This document shows, piece after piece, positions 55,626-64,000 of a stretch of DNA of 64,000 bases; position 1 is the stretch's first letter, and every line of letters begins with the position of its first letter. Under the pieces are notes generated by a model, which did no database searches, was not told the origin of the DNA, and saw only the letters and a list, made by a program, of their open reading frames with translations. The stretch covers positions 19,978-83,977 of IMG/VR virus record IMGVR_UViG_3300044645_001738. One strand, written 5' to 3'. A program made the position numbers and the translations under genes. Source of the stretch: a virus. Lineage: Duplodnaviria; Caudoviricetes.

Positions 55626-56159
55626 TTATTCGTCAAGTTGCATTTTTGCCCACACACTCATGGTCGCTTCTTCCAGGGGGATCTCAATGGGATCATCCTT
55701 GAAGACGGATAGGAGTTCACGAATGGCACGATCGGCACCAGCCATTAACAGGCCTTTGCGATCTTTCATGCCAGTGAATCGGTCAATTTGTTCGATGTGA
55801 CCACGAATTTCTTTTTGCATTGACGCAATGCGAGCAACGCCCGCATCACGTTTAACATTGCCGTTCTCAACATCTTCACGGAGTTTGCGAACATCCTCCT
55901 GCATCTCGTCAATTTCGTACAGAAGTTTTTGACGATGGTCAGCCTTTGGGTAATTGTTTTGCACCCAAAGCTCACACGCAGTAATGCTACCTGTATACCG
56001 CAAGAACCGGGCATACAAGTAGACTTCGACTACAGAATAGTTGTTGCTGGCGAAAGAGCAAAATGTTTCCTGAGTTGACGCATCGAGATTGTCAACCCAT
56101 GAATCAAATAACTCAATATCGATAAGCTCGTTGGGCCTGCCCGTAATCCCGCTCTTCAT
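55626..56159 (-). CDS. helical protein, terminase small subunit candidate
   Basis: Near terL, coiled-coil; start uncertain; function inferred from position only. Confidence 0.45.
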   Translation of the reverse strand: MKSGITGRPNELIDIELFDSWVDNLDASTQETFCSFASNNYSVVEVYLYARFLRYTGSITACELWVQNNYPKADHRQKLLYEIDEMQEDVRKLREDVENGNVKRDAGVARIASMQKEIRGHIEQIDRFTGMKDRKGLLMAGADRAIRELLSVFKDDPIEIPLEEATMSVWAKMQLDE

Positions 56160-56361
56160 CGCGTTGCTTGAACTGCTGGCCTTGTTCGGCAGAGCTACGT
56201 TGTTCTTCTGCGCCCTTACCGATGGTTTCACGTTCTTGTTCACCAGCAGTCTCCATTTTTTTCTTGGAAAATTCGTAAGCCACACCAGCAGCCTGGCGGT
56301 ACTTGTCTAGATCAAACCAGTCATCAACGTCTGTTTGACCAGCGGGTACACTGCTTGTCAT
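56113..56361 (-). CDS. hypothetical virion protein
   Basis: 82-aa charged ORF. Confidence 0.65.
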   Translation of the reverse strand: MTSSVPAGQTDVDDWFDLDKYRQAAGVAYEFSKKKMETAGEQERETIGKGAEEQRSSAEQGQQFKQRDEERDYGQAQRAYRY

Positions 56362-56385
56362 GGCTTAGATAGTTTACAAGAAAAA

Positions 56386-56559
56386 TCAGAAGTTGGACAT
56401 CATCGATGCCAGGCCCTGGGAGAAGATGTCGCGGCGACCTTCAACAGACTTTTGACGTTGTTGACGCCCCTTAGAGGCTTCAAGCCGATTCAGTAATTCC
56501 TGAAAACGATCAATGTTAAAATCTGTGGCCGTATCGGTTCCAGATAACTCGGTAGACAT
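56386..56559 (-). CDS. 57-aa hypothetical protein (not in ORF track)
   Basis: MSTELSGTDTATDFNIDRFQELL..GLASMMSNF*; CTATAAT upstream. Confidence 0.65.
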   Translation of the reverse strand: MSTELSGTDTATDFNIDRFQELLNRLEASKGRQQRQKSVEGRRDIFSQGLASMMSNF

Positions 56560-56600
56560 TTTGCAAAAGTGTTAACTAAATAAATTATAGCAATAACAAG

Positions 56601-57494
56601 CTATGACCAAAAACCAGAAACAAGATTTGAAAACACACTAGTTTCGCGATTTATTCTTGCGACTTCTTTGGAGCCTTCATTTTTCAACTTCTGGGTTTCT
56701 TTGTCGATCTCTCCTTGAAGGTTGGTCAACCCAGCGCTGTAAAGATACTTGCGGGTGTCACGTACGTTTTGTAGGTTCTCTTCAATTTCACTGGGAGTTC
56801 CGGTGAAGCTATCAGCAAAGTTTGGCAGCTGGACCCCAGCCCTTGCTTTAGTTGTGTCTGCGTAGCTGGGGAGAAGATTCTTGTCAAACTTGAAAGTACG
56901 TTGTCCTGTTTTCTTGCCAGCAGCGTCAGTCGCCTGCTTGCCAAACGTTGTGTCGTAGTAATTATCAAGATAGCTATTGTTGAACTTATCTTGATACTCT
57001 TGACCCTTTGCGAGAGAATCGCGAAGATCCTGGACGGTACTGTAGTAGCCCTGATTAAAACGTTCCAGTGCTTCTGTTTTTTCTTCTTCTTTAGCCTCTC
57101 GACCCAATACTTCTTTATACGCAGACGTAATGCCTGTGGCACGCCGACCAGGGAGAAGTTCTTTTGTATAGATATCCGTCAATCCAGCAACGTCTTGCTC
57201 CGGTGGAGAAAGATCATATTTGGATGCATAATCACGTAATTGTGACGCTGCATCATTGTACGAAATTAAACCCTGGCGAAGTTGAGATTCAATTCCGGAA
57301 CGCATTCCGGAGTATGCAGCTGCACCAGATGATTTACGTGCCTCGGCAGCTGCTTTTTGTTCTGCTTTTTCCGTATCAGCACGCTGCTCTGCACGCGCCT
57401 CTCTTTCTTGCTGATACTTTAAATACTCAGCAAAAGTATTGTCCCTTGGAATTTCAGGGGATTTGTATTCAACTCTAGTGCCGCCGCCACCCAT
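56601..57494 (-). CDS. internal virion/ejection-like protein
   Basis: MGGGG N-terminus, helical. Confidence 0.6.
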   Translation of the reverse strand: MGGGGTRVEYKSPEIPRDNTFAEYLKYQQEREARAEQRADTEKAEQKAAAEARKSSGAAAYSGMRSGIESQLRQGLISYNDAASQLRDYASKYDLSPPEQDVAGLTDIYTKELLPGRRATGITSAYKEVLGREAKEEEKTEALERFNQGYYSTVQDLRDSLAKGQEYQDKFNNSYLDNYYDTTFGKQATDAAGKKTGQRTFKFDKNLLPSYADTTKARAGVQLPNFADSFTGTPSEIEENLQNVRDTRKYLYSAGLTNLQGEIDKETQKLKNEGSKEVARINRETSVFSNLVSGFWS

Positions 57495-57504
57495 GATTCA
57501 ATCC

Positions 57505-58092
57505 TCAAACGAACGTTGTGCTCAAATTAGGTCTAGCAATGGGACCAAACATGCCAGCCATAGCGGCTTCTTTTTCAGCCAGGGAACGATTTAACGCTGC
57601 CCTGTTTTCTCTTTGACTTTGCTCGCGTGCTTCAAGAGAATTTTCAAGGGCAAAACCACGTCGAGCACGATCAGAAAAAGTGGCTGATTCCATTTCAGCA
57701 AGTGGGCCAAGCTGAAACTTTTTTGCATAAAGCTGCCTGCCAAGTTCCAGGTCTGGCATCCAGGTGCCTTGTGCTGTGCGATTTCCAATTTCCTGGGCAG
57801 CTTGGCCATATCCTTGTTCGCGGCCAAGCATCACCTGCCATTTGAGCTGGTCGGCCCCAAGCCCCAGCTTTGCATTGGCAACTTTTGCTTGCGTATCAGC
57901 TGCTCTATTTGCGCCAAACACAGAAGCTAATGCGCCTGCGCCAGCCAAACCTAATGTAAGCGGATCAAAAGCCATTTTTCCTCCTTTACTTACTCCTTTG
58001 CTTAAACTCCCTGTATTTTCACCAAAAGCAACTGGGGTAAACGAATTAAAATTCGTGTTGCTAAAAGAAGAAGAATAGTTGGGAAATTCCAT
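57505..58092 (-). CDS. DNA pilot/ejection-like protein
   Basis: FDPLTLGLAGAGALASVFG followed by Ala/Gln coiled coil. Confidence 0.6.
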   Translation of the reverse strand: MEFPNYSSSFSNTNFNSFTPVAFGENTGSLSKGVSKGGKMAFDPLTLGLAGAGALASVFGANRAADTQAKVANAKLGLGADQLKWQVMLGREQGYGQAAQEIGNRTAQGTWMPDLELGRQLYAKKFQLGPLAEMESATFSDRARRGFALENSLEAREQSQRENRAALNRSLAEKEAAMAGMFGPIARPNLSTTFV

Positions 58093-58116
58093 TTCTACAG
58101 TCTACTGTCATTCACA

Positions 58117-58530
58117 TTAGAAATAACGATTCGGGCTGAAGTTAAACGAACCGCGTTGATAGTTTGTCAGATTAGGAATGTTTGCAGCACCCTGGGACAT
58201 CATTTGCGCAATATCAGCTGCACCTTGGGCTTGAATCCTGGAAGGAACAGAGTATGCGTTAATCAACGCATTTGGTAAATCAAACAGGGCTTTGTATTTA
58301 CCGGCTTCCCTCATGCGATCTTTGTCAAGTTCCTTTTGTAAATTTACAAGCTCGCGAGTTCTTTCAATCGTGTTATTTTTTAAAGCCGCTGCCAGGAAGT
58401 CACTAAAAGGATCAGACTTTTGATACATTTGGTTTAAAGCAAATGCACGATCTTCAGGACTAAGGCCCTTAAGCTGCTCAGTGTCACTTCTAAATTGTGT
58501 CAGATCAAAAGGTGATTGGGTCATGATCAA
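58117..58530 (-). CDS. hypothetical virion protein
   Basis: ORF in operon. Confidence 0.65.
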   Translation of the reverse strand: MIMTQSPFDLTQFRSDTEQLKGLSPEDRAFALNQMYQKSDPFSDFLAAALKNNTIERTRELVNLQKELDKDRMREAGKYKALFDLPNALINAYSVPSRIQAQGAADIAQMMSQGAANIPNLTNYQRGSFNFSPNRYF

Positions 58531-59621
58531 CCAGCCCTAAAGACGGAAGCAGCATAAGGATTAGAAGAAGCAAGAATATCGCGCACTGTTTGGCCAGCTT
58601 GTTGCTGTGCACCGCCTGCAAGTTGTGCAGCGTACATCTGACGGTTTAATGCACCAGTGAGTTGACCAAGTTGTTGGTTAAGCTGCATTTGGTTCTGCAT
58701 ATCAACGCCGCGATACTGTTGATAAAGCGGAAGCATTTGTTCAGCAGTTTTGACGTTGCCACTACGAAGTGCTTCAGCAGCCTGAAGATCGCCCGTGGTA
58801 AGACCTGGGATACTGCCGCCAAAAACACCAGATTGTCCTGCTTCACGTTTTGCGCCAGTTACTGCTTCAACAGCTTTGGCAGCACCACCGGCAAGAGCTT
58901 TAGTCGCGCCGCCACCAATTGTGGCACCAATGATGGAACCAACGGGGCCGCCAACAACACCACCAAGTAAACCACCAGCAACAGTACCGGCCGCACCAAG
59001 TACATCACCTTGCGCAAGAGCAAGGCCACCACCAATCAAGGGGCCGTATTTACCAGCGAGTGCTAATCCTGCACCACGTAAAGTTGTTCTACCGGTGTTC
59101 TGTAAAACAGACTGGCCCAACTGACTTGCCCTTGCTTGATCACGCATCCCGGCAAGGTTAATACCGGGTCCGCTATTTCCGCCAGGGGGGGATGCTGAAG
59201 CGCCCGCACCTGTCACAGGAGGGCGTCCACTGCCACCGCCACCGCCACCGCCAGCTGCCCCCATCGGAGGAATAGAAGAGGCACCTCCTCCCGTCCCTGG
59301 GGCTGCATTTGCTCCGGCGGCTGTATTTACTCCTGCATTTGCCGTGGTGGCTCCAGAGCCAGTGACTTGTGTGTTACCACCTGCACCAGCACCTTGTGTA
59401 ATGTTGAAACCTTGACGAGTTGTACCTAAGGTATCACCAGTAACTTGAACGCCTGGTTGGGAGGCGCCACCGCCACCGCCACTAAACCAGCTTAAAAGTT
59501 GCTGGAAAAAACCAGGATCTTGTTGTGCACGACGCTTCAGTTCTTGGGGATCCATGGGAGCACCATTATTTCCCGTGACGTTTGCGTTGGATCCACTTCC
59601 GTATCCTGTAACGTTTGCCAT
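58527..59621 (-). CDS. glycine-zipper ejection-like protein
   Basis: GAAGTVAGGLLGGVVGGPVGSIIGATIGG; Gln-rich C-terminus. Confidence 0.65.
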   Translation of the reverse strand: MANVTGYGSGSNANVTGNNGAPMDPQELKRRAQQDPGFFQQLLSWFSGGGGGASQPGVQVTGDTLGTTRQGFNITQGAGAGGNTQVTGSGATTANAGVNTAAGANAAPGTGGGASSIPPMGAAGGGGGGGSGRPPVTGAGASASPPGGNSGPGINLAGMRDQARASQLGQSVLQNTGRTTLRGAGLALAGKYGPLIGGGLALAQGDVLGAAGTVAGGLLGGVVGGPVGSIIGATIGGGATKALAGGAAKAVEAVTGAKREAGQSGVFGGSIPGLTTGDLQAAEALRSGNVKTAEQMLPLYQQYRGVDMQNQMQLNQQLGQLTGALNRQMYAAQLAGGAQQQAGQTVRDILASSNPYAASVFRAG

Positions 59622-59662
59622 TATTGGAATATTTGTTATTGCTAAATTCTATCACTGCTATT

Positions 59663-60694
59663 TCACTGAGCAGTGTAAGAAGAATACTCAGAAGTTGTTG
59701 GAAGTTGTGGTCGATTGCCTGCAGCAATTGCGGCATTGGTAAGATTGCCTGCTGCAACACCAGCCACTGAACCACCTGCTGCTGCGGCAATGGTTCCTAG
59801 TAATTTTTTAACTGGTGAGGTACCTGGTCGATTCAAAGCAATGGACGCCTGCCGTGCAGCAAGAGTGCCTGCAGTAAAACCGCCAACCATTGGTAAGGTA
59901 ACCGGGAACCCAAGCATGCGAACTTCAGGATTGCCTTGTAGGTTTTCTGTGGTTCCTTTGATAATACCAAGACCAAGCAGGCCCTTATCGTTGTACAAGT
60001 AATTCATGTAGTTACCGTAACGCTGGGGAGTAAGACTTGGAATATCTTGTTTTGCTGTTTCGTATTTTAACGGATCACCAGTACGCCCTAAAAAGAAACG
60101 TTCAAACATTTCTTGAACAGGTTGTCCGGTTTGACGCCTATCCTCTGCACCTTTTGGTGAATAAGATTGAGCGTACCCCTCAGGCCGAAACTGCTCTTCT
60201 GGATTAGTAATGTCAAATGTACCAGCAGCTGAAATGGCTGGAGCGGCAATTGCAAGTGCAGTGGCTGCACGAATTGTGGGGGAGGGAATTACCTTTTCAT
60301 TAATACCTAAACCAACGCCTGCCTGCGATACAGCAAGCGGGTGGTTGTAACGCCACCAGTAGGTACGTGTACCGTCGTTAGCGGCGTCCACAACGAGACG
60401 TGAAGTATAAGCACCCAAAAACTGCGCTGGTGTGCCACGGAGGGTCACGCCCTCTGCTGCTAACGATTGTTTAAAACGTGGATCAAGAATACTTTGGCCG
60501 TAACCAAGTCCCGATCCAACAGAAGAGGCACCGGGTTTATATGCAGCATTTGCACCTCCTGCGCTGGTACCTGGGGCACTTTTTGTGTACACACCTTTTT
60601 GGCCAGCTTGAATTACATCGGCTTTACGTGCACCAAGTTTGATGTCTTCCCAGATACTTCCAAGTTGTTGCACAAGGTTTTCTTTCTTCATCAC
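59663..60694 (-). CDS. virion protein with hydrophobic Ala/Gly segments
   Basis: 343-aa ORF. Confidence 0.65.
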   Translation of the reverse strand: MMKKENLVQQLGSIWEDIKLGARKADVIQAGQKGVYTKSAPGTSAGGANAAYKPGASSVGSGLGYGQSILDPRFKQSLAAEGVTLRGTPAQFLGAYTSRLVVDAANDGTRTYWWRYNHPLAVSQAGVGLGINEKVIPSPTIRAATALAIAAPAISAAGTFDITNPEEQFRPEGYAQSYSPKGAEDRRQTGQPVQEMFERFFLGRTGDPLKYETAKQDIPSLTPQRYGNYMNYLYNDKGLLGLGIIKGTTENLQGNPEVRMLGFPVTLPMVGGFTAGTLAARQASIALNRPGTSPVKKLLGTIAAAAGGSVAGVAAGNLTNAAIAAGNRPQLPTTSEYSSYTAQ

Positions 60695-61302
60695 ATTGCC
60701 CCCCTGGTCAGTGCATATGGATCAATGGCGCCACGGAAAAGACTTGATTCGACGCCTTGCATTTGGAACATCGTCCCAGGTGATAATGCTTCTTGGCTTC
60801 CAGGATTCATTGCTTGGCGCTGCATTAATTGTTGTTCAGCAGTTGCCGTTTGATCCATTACAACTGGTTCTGCAGATAGCTGTTGAAGTTCCTGTTGAGA
60901 TAAACCTGCAATTTGACTGGAAGCAAAAATAGGTTCCACAAGCATTGGTGCTGCAATCGATGTACCAATCATCAATGCAGACTGAGGACCACTTGGTCGA
61001 TATTCTTGATGGCTAACCTTGCTACCCGGTGGAGTAACGGTGTAGTATTTACCCGCAAGCTTGGGATTGATTTTACCAAGTTGCTTGGCGGCACCCGCAC
61101 TTAACAGGGCATCAGCTGCGCCAACCGCAAGTCCTGCAACCGGATTGCCTGTAAACATTGCAGTGGATGCACCTGACCACAAACCGCCGAGCGCAGAATG
61201 TCCCAACAATTCTTTGCCGCCACCAGCGAGACGTTGCTGGATAACAGGGGCGTTTTTAACACCTTGCAATGCAGCCCCAATTCTTCCAGCTAATCCCAAC
61301 AT
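60691..61302 (-). CDS. virion protein with hydrophobic segments
   Basis: 203-aa ORF; TAAAATAAG upstream. Confidence 0.65.
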   Translation of the reverse strand: MLGLAGRIGAALQGVKNAPVIQQRLAGGGKELLGHSALGGLWSGASTAMFTGNPVAGLAVGAADALLSAGAAKQLGKINPKLAGKYYTVTPPGSKVSHQEYRPSGPQSALMIGTSIAAPMLVEPIFASSQIAGLSQQELQQLSAEPVVMDQTATAEQQLMQRQAMNPGSQEALSPGTMFQMQGVESSLFRGAIDPYALTRGAM

Positions 61303-61336
61303 TTTTATACTTCTTATTTGCTTATTTTACGATCAG

Positions 61337-61990
61337 TTATTTAAGTGTTTTGCCGGGGGAGGTATTTGTTTCCACTGATTTTTCGTCGACAGTGTCCTCG
61401 CCTTCTTTTTCTTCCTCCTTGACCGGCATTGATTTCATGACGCCTTTACGATCAAGAAGTTGAGCAATTGACGGTTTATCCTCAACCTCGTTCTCCGCAC
61501 GTTTTTCTGCCATTGCCATTAAGTATCCATTGGGATCCGGATTACGCATCCGTGGCATTGGATTCTTAGCGACCTTACTTGGATTTAATGTTGGACTAAG
61601 TTTGTATGCTTCAATCCATTGAGGATTAAAATCAGGTTGGTCCTGGGGGCGCTGCGCAGTTCTTGGTCGACCCTCTTCAAAATCGTAAGCAGTAGGACGA
61701 TCAAACGTCCCTAGGCCAAACATGTCATATGCTTCGGTTACTTTACTGTTGTCATCAAAGAATGGTGTATTACCAACAAAATCAAGATCCGGGTTTAAGG
61801 TGATCTTACGCGTCATGGCGCGACGCATTAAATCCTGTTGACCAAACCTTGATGGGTTCCAGGGATACTGACCGGTCTCCGCTTCGGAGCGAAACAAGTC
61901 GTCGAAATTTAATCGTTTGGCGATTTCACCACGGCGATTAAATGGGTTTTGAATGTAACGACCTAGATCAAGCCTGTCATCTTTTGCCAT
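61337..61990 (-). CDS. hypothetical protein
   Basis: 217-aa ORF, TGATG coupled. Confidence 0.7.
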   Translation of the reverse strand: MAKDDRLDLGRYIQNPFNRRGEIAKRLNFDDLFRSEAETGQYPWNPSRFGQQDLMRRAMTRKITLNPDLDFVGNTPFFDDNSKVTEAYDMFGLGTFDRPTAYDFEEGRPRTAQRPQDQPDFNPQWIEAYKLSPTLNPSKVAKNPMPRMRNPDPNGYLMAMAEKRAENEVEDKPSIAQLLDRKGVMKSMPVKEEEKEGEDTVDEKSVETNTSPGKTLK

Positions 61991-62217
61991 CAGCCCTCAG
62001 ATTTCTTCTGGTCTTTTTTCTTCTTTAATCCTACCAACGTTTGGCGAAGCCGTGCTTGCTTAACTGTTTTCTCATCGTACTTATCCGGATTGGAAAGAAC
62101 ATTTTCCTGGAGCTGAGCAGAAGTAATGCCTTTCTTTTTGGCTTTAGCTGTGAAGACGCCTTCCTTGATGTCAGCGCCTTGGATCCACTTTTTATCTTTC
62201 TTGTTTTTGTTAGTCAT
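61990..62217 (-). CDS. Lys-rich conserved phage protein
   Basis: KKWIQ..IK.G.FT..A..KQARL.QTL. Confidence 0.75.
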   Translation of the reverse strand: MTNKNKKDKKWIQGADIKEGVFTAKAKKKGITSAQLQENVLSNPDKYDEKTVKQARLRQTLVGLKKKKDQKKSEG

Positions 62218-64000
62218 GACTTGCCAATATTTAGATATTCTAATAGAAGATCCAATCCTCGACCCTCAATGCCAAGTTGTTGAGGAGTGGCTGGATAAGT
62301 ACGAACAGGGCCGCCACGGCGATACGCAGATCGCATAAGGTCATTCCTCCAATCTTCAGCACCAGGATCGATGCCATACGGTGGAATATTGGTCACTTTA
62401 CCACCACGGAAGCCTTCTGCCGTAATAGGTTTAGCCATCCGTGGGTAAGCAATTTTTTGTCCTTGAGTAGTAGTTTGAATGACCGGCTGTAAACCAGCGC
62501 CCATTACTACTTGTTCTGTCCAACCGCCAATACGAGACAAACCTGGGGATTGAGTCAAGGGCCCAATAGGAGCTGGTTCCATACCCGTTACAAGCGTTTC
62601 TTGGGGAACATCACCAAGAAGGAAATCAGGGAAGAAACGAGCTTTTGCTCCGCGCCGTGTTAAGTCAATCCTGCTTCCAGGGGGAGTTCCAATATCGCGT
62701 CGTTCATTAGAAGCGGCACCTGGTGTTGGTTCGATAACCACGGTGCCGCCGGGCATATCACCAATGAACGGGCTTAAAGGAGTTAACGCACTACGCCCCG
62801 GTTGATATTGCGCATAAAGGGTACGTTTACTGGGCTCTTGGCCAGGGAGACCAAGTGTTGACTTAAGACGTAACGGAGACCTGCGCGATACTTGGGCTGA
62901 TTCACCAGGATCAGGTAAAAGTTCTAATTGCCTTAATGGCGTTCTTGTTGGAGTTACAAACCTTTCCGGAGATGCAATAACTTTTGCTTGAAGACCGCCC
63001 GTCAAAGCGTCTGCCAAGAAAGCCTGGGCATTTGCTTCGACTTGAGTTGAAATTGCACGGTTTGCTCGAGTACCCGCAACGTTGTAAACAGTACCCAAGA
63101 CATCGGGATTGTCTTGAGTTAAATAACGACCTGTTGGCGTTTTAATGGCGCCAGTAATGCGTGGTTGACGAATAACGCTATTTGCTTTGCTTTTGCCTGT
63201 AAAAATTACAGGTCCAGCAGCTTCGGCGGCAGCTCCTGTATAAACATCAGAAGCTCCCAGGATTGGGCCAAGGTCTTCGTCGGTGACATACCCAGTTCTA
63301 AGTTGAGTGACACTTGGAAACACTGGGAGTGGCTCAGAAGGATCAACAATCATTCCGCGCCTTAACGTTTCCATTGAACGAGCTACGTCTTGTGCAGGTC
63401 CAGGGGGAACCGTTGGGCGCAGATTACGAGCTTGCTGCAATACCTCTTGCGAGGCAGCAACAGCAACCCTGGAGCGATCCAAAGCATCTAACTGTAAAGA
63501 CGTAGGTTCTGCTCTTTTGGATGCCCTAGTACGCAAAACTTCAGACGCCATTCTGGCGAGTTCTTCATCAAATGCACTACCAAAAGTTTGTTCAGGATCA
63601 ACAGATTGAACAGGCAAGTTTAATTGTTGAGTTGCGCCATATTTTGTATATTTAGATGCTACAAGATTTTTGAGATATTGATTCATTGAGGCCTGCTGGC
63701 CCATTGTGATCAATTCCGTTAGGTCTTCATCGGAAGCTCTATTAAGTTCATTTGAAAGCTGTGCTTTTATTTTATATTCCGTACCTTGTTTTAACCTGGT
63801 TTTTAACCCTGTATCGGCAGAAACAAACTCACCAGCCGCATCTTGATAAACAACATCGCCAGTAACACCAGGTTTACCGCCACGCAAAGCTTTACCGCGC
63901 ATGGTGGTTTCAATTGGAACAGCGCCACCTGTTAATAAGGAATCAATGTCTTCACCTAAATTTGCAGTTGATTTATCGCGTAATTCAGCACGTTGGCGAG
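62214..64000 (-). CDS. large low-complexity virion protein (probably 5'-partial)
   Basis: Track ORF 62214..63902; the frame appears to stay open to the window edge. Confidence 0.65.
   Translation of the reverse strand, partial: RQRAELRDKSTANLGEDIDSLLTGGAVPIETTMRGKALRGGKPGVTGDVVYQDAAGEFVSADTGLKTRLKQGTEYKIKAQLSNELNRASDEDLTELITMGQQASMNQYLKNLVASKYTKYGATQQLNLPVQSVDPEQTFGSAFDEELARMASEVLRTRASKRAEPTSLQLDALDRSRVAVAASQEVLQQARNLRPTVPPGPAQDVARSMETLRRGMIVDPSEPLPVFPSVTQLRTGYVTDEDLGPILGASDVYTGAAAEAAGPVIFTGKSKANSVIRQPRITGAIKTPTGRYLTQDNPDVLGTVYNVAGTRANRAISTQVEANAQAFLADALTGGLQAKVIASPERFVTPTRTPLRQLELLPDPGESAQVSRRSPLRLKSTLGLPGQEPSKRTLYAQYQPGRSALTPLSPFIGDMPGGTVVIEPTPGAASNERRDIGTPPGSRIDLTRRGAKARFFPDFLLGDVPQETLVTGMEPAPIGPLTQSPGLSRIGGWTEQVVMGAGLQPVIQTTTQGQKIAYPRMAKPITAEGFRGGKVTNIPPYGIDPGAEDWRNDLMRSAYRRGGPVRTYPATPQQLGIEGRGLDLLLEYLNIGKS

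Overview
The whole window reads as part of a large dsDNA tailed phage genome, most likely a cyanophage. This host call is inferred from HLIP, NblA-like, CP12-like, SpeD and Dps genes; no host housekeeping genes, integrase or CRISPR array are visible. Positions 1-19.6 kb are mostly + strand and hold replication, recombination and host-takeover genes: an SSB tail, a DUF5895-like protein, SWIM, HicA, Gp157, a PD-(D/E)XK exonuclease, a Prim-Pol/SF3 primase-helicase, SpeD, a GT4, Dps, HLIP and several HNH proteins. This part also contains a tRNA-like gene and a 216-bp two-fold symmetric non-coding element at 16.8-17.0 kb, a candidate replication origin. Positions 19.8-64 kb are mostly - strand and hold virion and lysis genes: terminase, a portal whose C-terminus overprints the scaffold gene, major capsid, ejection-like proteins, collagen-like and Thr/Gly-rich fibres, an S74-chaperone tail fibre and four peptidoglycan-hydrolase genes. 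A + strand island at 27.3-30.8 kb carries an HTH protein, a Dam-like protein, dcd and DUF3310. The most notable signals are the symmetric origin-like element beside two degenerate HNH proteins, a circularly permuted M23 peptidase, unannotated modules shared between lysins, a 45-aa CP12-like mini-gene, two NblA-like genes, a tRNA mimic with a broken anticodon arm, a pseudoknot upstream of an orphan HicA, and a recurrent TAVAATAAG promoter. All family calls come from reading motifs by eye, not from database searches.
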